64,000 bases of DNA. Source: Gammaproteobacteria bacterium (lineage in GTDB: Bacteria; Pseudomonadota; Gammaproteobacteria; G965277405). The stretch is from assembly GCA_965277405.1 (NCBI GenBank), contig OZ255726.1, positions 1,504,001 to 1,568,000 of the forward strand, read 5' to 3'. This document shows positions 61,301 to 64,000 of the stretch, in pieces. Position 1 is the first letter of the stretch. Each line of letters starts with the position of its first letter. Below the pieces are notes generated by a model. It did no database searches. It saw nothing but the letters and a program-made list of their open reading frames with translations, and was not told the DNA's origin. A program made the translations under genes and the position numbers.

Positions 61301-64000
61301 CATCCCAACAACCAACGCACTGCCAATACAAGGCTTGCAAGGCTGGTATTATCCAAGTGATGACCAAGGATTTGTCGCCACAGCAGGCTGTGAATCTGCT
61401 AGCAATGCGCTGAGTTGCCTGCGTGATATCCATGGTGCCAATCATGTTGAATTTTTAGACCCTGCTGTGTCGCCAAACATAACAAACACCCACAAACCAA
61501 CATTTGTATCGCCAGGGCTGGTATTTCATAACTCGGTTGGCATAGCCAAAAATGAGTTTGATGCAACCAATGGCATTACCATCGCCGCGGTGTTTGTACC
61601 CAGCCAAGACGCAACAGCGGATAGTTGCCTGCTCGCAGTAGGCGATGCTAATAACAGCATGCGCCTGTGTTATCAATATACGTCCAGCACAGACTCAATT
61701 CACACCTATACCATTACCGCAACTAACGGTAATAATACCGCCACAATTGCTGCCACCACAGCTGCCGCAATAGCTGACGCAGCAATATTCACAGTCGTCA
61801 GCGCAACAGCTACAACGCTGACGCTGGCAACAAGCGCCAACGTGACAGATGATGATACCTCAGCCGCGGCTGCGTTGCCTGTAGCAGCCCAGCTAGTGCT
61901 TGGTCATGCCAGTGCAGCTGGAGGCGCCGCAATACAGCAACCATTTATCGGCAGCTTGCAAGAATTAGTCGTCTACAACAGCGGTAAAAATAGCTGCGAA
62001 ATTGCCAATATAGCCAGCGCGATGCGTAGCAAACCAACTAGCTTGCCGTGTGTCACTAATTTAGCAGGGCTTACTGATGCCGAAATCTCAGCTAATGATA
62101 CAACGCCAAGTATTGCCTTTTGGCTGCGACCAGAAGATCTCAACTTCAACGCCGATCGCTCGTATACCTGGCGCGCCAACACCCACACTGATAGCCCGAC
62201 TGCAATTACCTCTAAGCCAAAGCTAACAAGTTTACGCCAGTTATCAAAAGATCCAGTTTTTGGTGGACTGCGCGTTGGTAACGATGATCCAAGTGGTGAT
62301 TATCAATGGCAACATGAAGCAGAGGAACACCGTAACCCTGCCTTAACAATCCCAGGCCCCCTGATGGGCGTCGGCTTAACCGTAGCGAATAACATTATTT
62401 ATATAGTTGCTAAATTTAAGGCAAAAGGCTGTTTGCTAATATTGGGCTATGTAGATGAAATATCCGACCATCAAGAAAGAGAAAATAATGTTATTCCTTG
62501 TGGGATGTCTAGTCACAGAATGAAAACACCATTTGCAGTTGCACAAACTGTTATAGCAGCCAAGAACTTGCTTTTAAATACCGACGTAGTCACCGCAAGA
62601 ATGGGAAATATTCGCAATGCACAATGGTTCCCTGCGCAAATAATTACTATTGATGGTCGATATCGCCAAGGCCAAACAGGTGGTTTATCAATAAATGGCT
62701 ATACCAATAATCAAACATTTAGACACCAAGGAAATGCAGGTTATGGGACTATAATACATGACTATAGCGCATTCACCCGTGGCGGCGGCACCCTCAACGA
62801 GATTATCGTCATCAACAACGCTGCAGACAATCTAGCTACCCAGCAGCTCGCAACCAAAATAGCTACCTACTTGTCAGTCAAATACGGGGTTGTTGCCGAT
62901 AATCGCTATGGAGATATAGCAGATCAAAGTGTCGATCTAAGCACCATCCGCTCCAGTACGGGAATGCTGTTGTCAAATACCAACGAGCGATATACATATT
63001 TTTCACAGCAAAATATGCCAAGAACGATGGCAAGCAACGACCGTTATTCATTTGCAGTGCTAGGCAGCGACGCTGGCTTGGGAATCAACAACCTCAAGGC
63101 AGTATTGACAGATTCTCCCAATGTCCATTTTGAGGCGCATTTACTCGCAGCAACAAATAACTTGATTGCATTTAACGGCAGAATACTCAACCAAGGTGGG
63201 GAAAGGTTGGCAGATTATGAGGTGGATTGGACGTATCTTAAATCGTTTGTTGATGATATTACCCCAATTAAATATTCAATAGCCCAACAGTATGAATTCC
63301 CACTCCATGTTTACCAAACCACCACCGCTGCTGCCACAACAGTCCATTTTGATGCATATGTTGCCAGGCAGAAATATCTACTTGGCTTTGATTATGCGCT
63401 ATATGTGTATGATGGCGATGGCGATGGCGATGGTGATATTTCGTTAGCGGGTACCTTCTACCCAATGACAAAACATGAATACATTAGTGATAGCAACAAT
63501 GATCTGTATCAAAAACAACGCCTGAGCGCTACCGTTACCTTAAGCGATAAGCAGTTTTTTACAGTCGCGCGCATCCGCACTGGCAGCAACAGGCCAGCAA
63601 TCTGGCTCAAAGCCGCAGACGTGGATATTGTCAACAGAAAATGGAAAAATGCTGGCGCGCTACCGCTAACCTTAGCGTTTGACCCAGCCGCGCACATAGA
63701 AATTTTGCAACAAAGCAATGGTATGGCTGCCCTCAATATTCAACAATATCGAGGACGGCAAGGAATAACACCGCTGCGCGTGGCAGATAATTTTGCTGGG
63801 CATGATATGCCGCATCTGTATGCAGTTATTAAAAACGACGTAAATGCCGTGCCTGCGGCACAGCGTAATAAATATTTTTGGCAAGGTTCGAGTAACGTTA
63901 ATCTCTTCGCTATCATCCCCCAAGGGCAGAACTTTAGCGCAGCAGCCAGCAGCCAAGACGTCGCCTGGTATTATGATAAAAGCTGGAGTGAGGATGTTGC
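43359..64000 (+). CDS. Giant predicted lipoprotein B (over 6880 aa, runs off the window end): Ig-like repeats, FN3, several LamG-like modules
   Basis: Starts MRIKQMASSLAYTKQYIWRSTAIALLFMLSA-C (lipobox Cys at 43452); spot translations at 43.4, 54, 56.6, 57.5, 61-63.5 and 63.96 kb are open; the track lists no ORF in this frame, consistent with no stop codon. Confidence 0.88.
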   Translation, partial: MRIKQMASSLAYTKQYIWRSTAIALLFMLSACTDGAGTVTEENLRQAGLLTKAVITPVITDIVLEKICTAADYTACNNSNNLIDPFAVNQTTIQGDAFVYIFKVVFDSNNEPFLNKATLRTVELDNAEFADATIPVSSLADVNKQADDEDPNNATATELYAQPAFEDRYTYAILKPIAFTGSATTGSGLTITIPAGWVFTVSGKGEPIFNSASFSKTFTIDLLQPKISAISFDPPTVGELVNNGYIGITDAFNKINIYITFNKNMYKKIIKDKDDKYHKNIDTNDDLLEWGDVSHSSIKKYEFQYKSGLTGSNVLIFTLSITPSAASALQHDTKFSLHLASDALVDAVGNVLGGIDQNDDLNIYYQDDTSNTIFTVDALKPQLQIPALAAPQVHNDDVYDGRTEVLGIGDSVSVVLTFTEKVTFNNHNNLRFKVLVSENNYSSINPKYFVLTSPVKQGIQPLESSDKFTLTYTVKEGDGDNNINSEDGRHFANSSGWNSDLADRIDLPEQNLVVYDQAGNSVANLLINSLELPVNGEIDQVIIDGKRPQLGVDGITSRLSRFMSGVLGVESVYIQQNDKLVVGVYSSEKLKTKIDGSNYDFRSGSILTSATAIVDFYNTAGESLNNPITLEYDAELSKINIPHSSTTTIDGSSDVHKDLREKIHKEIFGGDATSFGVADFKYPINRLVFYSALMPDREEAAQLQLTSMQFNNTDVTNLVDFAGNTLQDLDPGGSSVQLNQPIDMGSLQGDFSIEGFNAYQMNDAGTMTAVTTNSKHRYKDYELIADTMFVALHLSRDIGSASTNIDSMSMIATIDTSNDISNTPASNTINVISEAAELGTEYDSSYTNMIFFPFKLPKQADQRLLDTDGISVKIQWGDGIRVAKIKDELGNWLAESGIYYNGSHLMQDMLVDNIDPVCEYKLSGKQLSYATPILFSLAENHNALYFHLVCNEEIGYKYAADIAKIPFIETAFGFATNNTDDTPDFVVRTDFQQLSPNNNLVFSLPVKPGYQAYGHKLRIRNKSVQRYYDVTANEVKKERIFTDAAGNPITTYFATAPNDRYITPSEFTTYEQTDSPAIVTNVDIVFDTRAYPKTVTFYRASAGYPKDHPADTSGKILVSTRYKQFGVEITFSDKTGTDRNIDVAGLNQDAQFDYSLPMQMTDSNLAVTLASKVVNIAANSKTVKFVFDLDDFPGTIYENLKFDTASIHALIDNNAIPKIKTINNFTNISGTKYSITQPVSLLFQDTDISNDFFNKVQVNNVVPEFEDNVKIYYIEKQDPSSDTDPLYQELDIRADNGDLNYGTFYIALRTDAALTVRPKIWDVESEEFVEHDVQNVMLNFYAADLPVTANYVLPTEFHEKTGSTSSDAQMMYFAFDFNAVAQAGRDFKFYQASATTTTDRATYISGNDTAYLVDRFHNSIDVTSLSNAFSLDKTYTVNLVATKNIVNVEFVDDDFVTYQFDNGRPFYSNGDTIKLRVDFNTLITYAEFDNEVYAIDIEVADQDNSSDKKKLFLEKTLSGISTDASGNLHSYLIFSKRITDSMEFNADSRSSAFKLITVSDNIYLCARNEIDNTEVANSEPHLDCANSMLVKAASVDGSGAPLSSRFSQQQVDTIERLRINSKLNYVRDDGNDKPVVAAYTREKDSSNTLVADSENKVVALDASKPLRHGDKLLFEFIVDLDQIYDFTSASLPTNRLVVKENNENLAKLNIQIARSSNGYDLLPVTIALNENSSEYNDSAVLFEYTVKKGDLSNIQITKPSNQHISVDTLTINTADLFVAKTAIVDEIHQNHIDSKFENPVDVTFDFIIDTRPYITAIKVVNNFNNTIYTKNDQLKVQLTFDQLVMPSAAVSTTTSMLKVNLSSDSLAATCRAEFALAYNNHSGNTIDFQGALPADCHQYDTAAQLVVAEFYNNITADLSTSAYWYSAEISVAATSDRLLVDQRLDVSVADGGIKLYTKPLTFVSAQIGKVATTNHSCSAAPSLPPIKIKINDTLCVQLSTQNNTATNNDTPPLYLVTENNSPQLILQGFGVDGMPQEIAFTQPQVINGANATDTSTDIVFTHTITSNSAWLTNPANTKYTYIYNGAVKLFNADNADNAGELTAPADHHYVRHVNSIQVLGSDINTPSFNLVASADAIQRALTAFNTNFYVDTRSIYYTIDTSTIQPVSAPYLLQDKITFTMNMSGDEQIGERSIGDFRLLADLSSDRADTATLEIEFALIDTPTATLKFVSVALPPDNNGSYTLRNFRPKPNTSDLISNSTRATINYDKFNDIAANIKLNTGTIALDSIALQLTNNSDDVNIASYLANVTSYIDLANQPQLLTTADIGKYLLFTVSSSEANTKETPLKKPELELGLRFVLDRSNDIISHRTAEFVDLIQQENDDYTADAIFKYQIQDGDYSNTTVNDTLLFGKIQFNTANAELLFAGITDDNYFSADGGSAVALDTTNLNTSIEAFADNLQINTANDFASLTIIAEDGGVTRASTVYVQEESIYLTLDSQPALLYFDPATATQQHAYLDVSVDGVNAQGSTTSSTLRFQLQSFATTGEQRIKFKANVAALLAQYNGITPDNPLTFKFSTATITMPASATGTTVQIYRQVNGKKTYLHNKLCHAAANNCSIQNKSLSFNLNKLKITAIAIKGAHAPTVVADTPAAEIAAIEENYNTSASVVVNNQPARNGDDLRTGDYLIFEVTTNADDISADLANDQQLKYVTFTIEDYQQQPKILSSILPTALAQYATYRRPIIQANTTIGFRFYYKIQRGVFANIAFQEKDYPNISIGYSAADNSTFMPHGVAGALVARSFHPNGNNLTEKVLKLTSERNQFNVSNDALVVDTRIRVTAVAIDAAYNRATQLIGTHPDSDKTITVTLDHRVTAGTGFAATAVRLHADFANFTPNIVGGTDYSTDFWIQEDNRTRFTSGVNSSDTIQFTLTGRHGRAGPHTRVLDYAQDTVNAEGNAEGYTLTFNSLAINTIDLYWEEEDELRTFVDWSIDIDGNNSNSNIIQGIKITANAAELQTIEVSTDASNQPLQVGDNIVLLAKIATESGFDLTIDATTDLSLKFKIQSFTKENQGELVSKTAAFASWITDDTVDDTLDDTPAKNIGAKFVYTVAAGDLYNLRFPMLQQNTAVQALYTIGADLSFDVARLFNKPIDSGNGNPINTTATTLANPASISINTAPTATGMQLNSAFNSAVEYVDNANANTLYVTLTYPDDSIDVAKTRAYSNSALHVTVNGHDRTFDSIPSNTFKVGANDVAEFTANTLSYQYVFDISADNNDFSTDTLLTVQPVRMVFDNNGVIENSDKYAGMTEVLTQQGQGFMPLFNDFTAMPAADIFSEDYDFRAGVFEFSTDVLLDYSENSENDSDNIHSTATENSENGSDDLIYLGERDVLHIYISTTTANNNLRSFTQVSEDNQDNQDNQEPTAEINTIMLRMASGTLIARQATQSVCFANGMQTAATATCNFMRFDVTLPNYADSSTDAANCISIGSATCGVSNVASLLIQDQGNTEYTTSLVVEQLTPSAASAANADFTTRHAIRNHIKTGNEYGVSLADRIVVEPTPARVSPTFDVDTVAEFKVSWQDVAHASKYILTYNVSGDSDATTDIIAFNSDSENNDITFAGIAGKMYIISITAVNAAGKYLPPLPNYRTLTQYASLPTIADVSIDVLTKAGETKTVAADNKYQLVAGEKIQFTFQLNIDISGDPSTRQEFNTNIGGKRFAIQFYFGDKLRSLSNLAIAEATDHKKLYFQYTVQQDDVAEYVTLANPVAISLLDSGFPLQNIKGTNIINYTIPLDDADTAQLGRLNVANTSPTVIAIQTSENVAYSTEANANGLIDIWVYFNKAISYASPNNNAAPSITFTADIEGEDNTAQDLQARYQSISGNTALFRIDLAAADNDKNWSSNELRLTANEIANHNSLQNADKTQSINPDIALFKKDFIVTLQHVQQDAESASDVVITQTSSRAGIFGVGELLTFTVATKTPVMVWAGELLLHATFNNAANNAANNAANNAASTDGTRRIPYLYSTHAGTQHVFGYRTKTADIGTSSIDINRVQSYVMGRYSGTGDIFVTQSTAQSPIQTTGANAAVAFAKTINKNFVIQIVATAGDSNSSAYKLISAIKFDGSSVTTCGGTAPICAITDTANNGKYQTVTVNDNDNDNGSDNVDATVSTSNGAYVFAGSALKAENTINVAAKPKLTIVAVLSNVTFANTEHPPTHTVFKNPLLSFIGIGELGTEYTIALDVQKDRSHGLGLYCGGGCYISYRLSTLQQDSLAGDDKNILVIEHYSGAADQTRFQAQDISISLNGDSLTIVQDSQHANSNIAISNFATYIGGRAIFSSSPLTAVKPAIDDTLNTIALGSFHLYDFSVFTAAMGSLLPCYIDVLGRKYASVAKWQSTLVDQSVCNVRQSIAAGVAAANLVLWLDPDPTYLDFSSDGRVDTWLDRSGRNHHASVDIVRTRNMRSIAAKFSNGQSLLITDASSATGSANREYFENALTNDQRSTINFATANRAAGETIYTAANYFQQDVHRYYHGVFSEDDFSEDSQQLTAFAVFITPTSNSKPQPRSLFLLDNEPDDSAYRALTPNSFEVFRFGSNYPQQILGTFDANTIIGYPHGLYAGKTVPVPLMRTLATKYYATENSDPFSTYSTEKPRLIAKEYSWQQYATSQITTLAVRVNLANSPANSYQYSINGSDFITDFDSAARATSFNGYALGLLQDAQGAVFDNSYDTGIAWGDVLVYDTALSNTQLRQVFQYLQLKYASHFTQSVFASNLPNILTSEGLLIYATANTEFLNKYKNNTAIGRDDQQGFYKVWGQANENWSLDQDHFRGYTEGFSAGGVPGKLWVNSLTGSDSRSNQYGDYRKPDSLFVTIADTSQLDNREFLTWSYKDSSYNFPTSKYIGVEGNYDVERIQRIYKFAEIGEVGLISLKYINGINSRGFSKNVRIIIAANEAFTQNVRKQDLRAIQTSTSNSRHVYGTAAPIQINNGEFVAVEFLTPSKQLNYAENIWFSFSPDKVEYNQQLELLDATVRSFQNIPNLSVIACPSCVLSSRPAGNKQGLHAPTAAANGFTYTDANLGESATQVAEKNLLIAFGIGSNGCTPQAVTHLYQETNPAASTVDIAVICAASQASNPQLSITLTAAGFGFSDFSQGVGGDNQNLSQNSSANTHTFTVDISADSDHLLGLVLEPNSRYLLTIDDQILVDSTSTWGTGVFKPWSPATNQTHGLNHAPAQTNQQALAIWLYELRVIYASPYTNATSEFARHLNAMAIEHGFPVPKSIAFAYENFSWNRAHDLFANNPVFLANTGKYQGKSTTIASDADISFSVDESLFQGKQQQFLIYADNGNSFTQAANIADNFTPQAIANISAVSNKGWRFFSNVSLGTTTVTMPSPSDSHSNSYVLVLDANNNGVDAADRRIPLSSTHATATNTPHKLFGQLPISAGRSSVYVAIINPAIYTSAQALLVTPGSYTTGSKIEATLTLAKPVDISYDATVTNASPATLDFIFSNAGGDNPQPQQATLNYPLAASTELVFSYTVLAGDSNANGAVLLPANPAINWGTGLVITKPSTTAGVTVLPSLAGITFTGTRVYVNTSPPQPVAVHVENNQIWYGLDAKIAIGVLFDKYVTIATTAATANNPAIALTIDKKDGTTTTVQAIATRADDKKIIFEYVVETGLFDSDGITLQQQQTEEVTISNFANITTYGLAATTGNITALASGIGRQIKVDSQAPILTSARFDVADYTLTIGDTLAVALEFSEEVALTNAGIKLRLPNIDGSRALSLTAISARDTLASTHRFMLAVTDSNFIFPSPPQLQVVNATAIHDIAGNQLAAHTAKTIAGTAVGFENTTKATIIQAQVLAPPFADGHYVLALTYNRAVHVQPNAVLSVALNIGVNNAGATPATRSMAALVNHHTLEFNLGSNVTALSANDTQLSIISSNPCQATAATTTAAAVATTTACIVDSAKQAADYSFAAFASNIALDKIIPTTNALPIQGLQGWYYPSDDQGFVATAGCESASNALSCLRDIHGANHVEFLDPAVSPNITNTHKPTFVSPGLVFHNSVGIAKNEFDATNGITIAAVFVPSQDATADSCLLAVGDANNSMRLCYQYTSSTDSIHTYTITATNGNNTATIAATTAAAIADAAIFTVVSATATTLTLATSANVTDDDTSAAAALPVAAQLVLGHASAAGGAAIQQPFIGSLQELVVYNSGKNSCEIANIASAMRSKPTSLPCVTNLAGLTDAEISANDTTPSIAFWLRPEDLNFNADRSYTWRANTHTDSPTAITSKPKLTSLRQLSKDPVFGGLRVGNDDPSGDYQWQHEAEEHRNPALTIPGPLMGVGLTVANNIIYIVAKFKAKGCLLILGYVDEISDHQERENNVIPCGMSSHRMKTPFAVAQTVIAAKNLLLNTDVVTARMGNIRNAQWFPAQIITIDGRYRQGQTGGLSINGYTNNQTFRHQGNAGYGTIIHDYSAFTRGGGTLNEIIVINNAADNLATQQLATKIATYLSVKYGVVADNRYGDIADQSVDLSTIRSSTGMLLSNTNERYTYFSQQNMPRTMASNDRYSFAVLGSDAGLGINNLKAVLTDSPNVHFEAHLLAATNNLIAFNGRILNQGGERLADYEVDWTYLKSFVDDITPIKYSIAQQYEFPLHVYQTTTAAATTVHFDAYVARQKYLLGFDYALYVYDGDGDGDGDISLAGTFYPMTKHEYISDSNNDLYQKQRLSATVTLSDKQFFTVARIRTGSNRPAIWLKAADVDIVNRKWKNAGALPLTLAFDPAAHIEILQQSNGMAALNIQQYRGRQGITPLRVADNFAGHDMPHLYAVIKNDVNAVPAAQRNKYFWQGSSNVNLFAIIPQGQNFSAAASSQDVAWYYDKSWSEDV
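55344..55391 (+). repeat. AATAACGCAGCT x4 in frame (NNAA x4)
   Basis: Read directly. Confidence 0.95.

Noticed and set aside
43655-63956. Short ORFs listed in the track across 43.6-64 kb, suggesting a gene desert or pseudogene field
   Set aside because: All overlap the continuous giant ORF B in other frames or on the other strand

Overview
Bacterial chromosome segment, probably from a divergent, AT-leaning gammaproteobacterium; a host-associated lifestyle is possible but is inference. 1-3 kb: pxpC-like gene and a class V PLP aminotransferase. 3.4-17 kb: complete S10-spc-alpha ribosomal superoperon (rpsJ to rplQ, including an rpmJ missing from the ORF track), followed in the same direction by proB, a Nit-family hydrolase and hemD-hemX-hemY. 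22-29.5 kb: an ankyrin protein with a degenerate nuclease-like C-terminal domain, an intact IS5-family element and four non-autonomous MITE-like copies sharing its 16-bp ends, plus yacG (not in the track), a TauE/SafE transporter, a rhodanese/SseA and miaB. 29.9-64 kb: two tandem, paralogous giant predicted lipoproteins. The first is about 4495 aa. The second is over 6880 aa and is missing from the track because it has no stop before the window ends. Both are built from Ig-like repeats and FN3; the first ends in IgGFc-binding-like and PEBP-like domains and the second carries LamG-like modules. This giant lipoprotein pair is the best candidate for an undescribed system. All domain calls come from motif recognition by eye; no searches were run.
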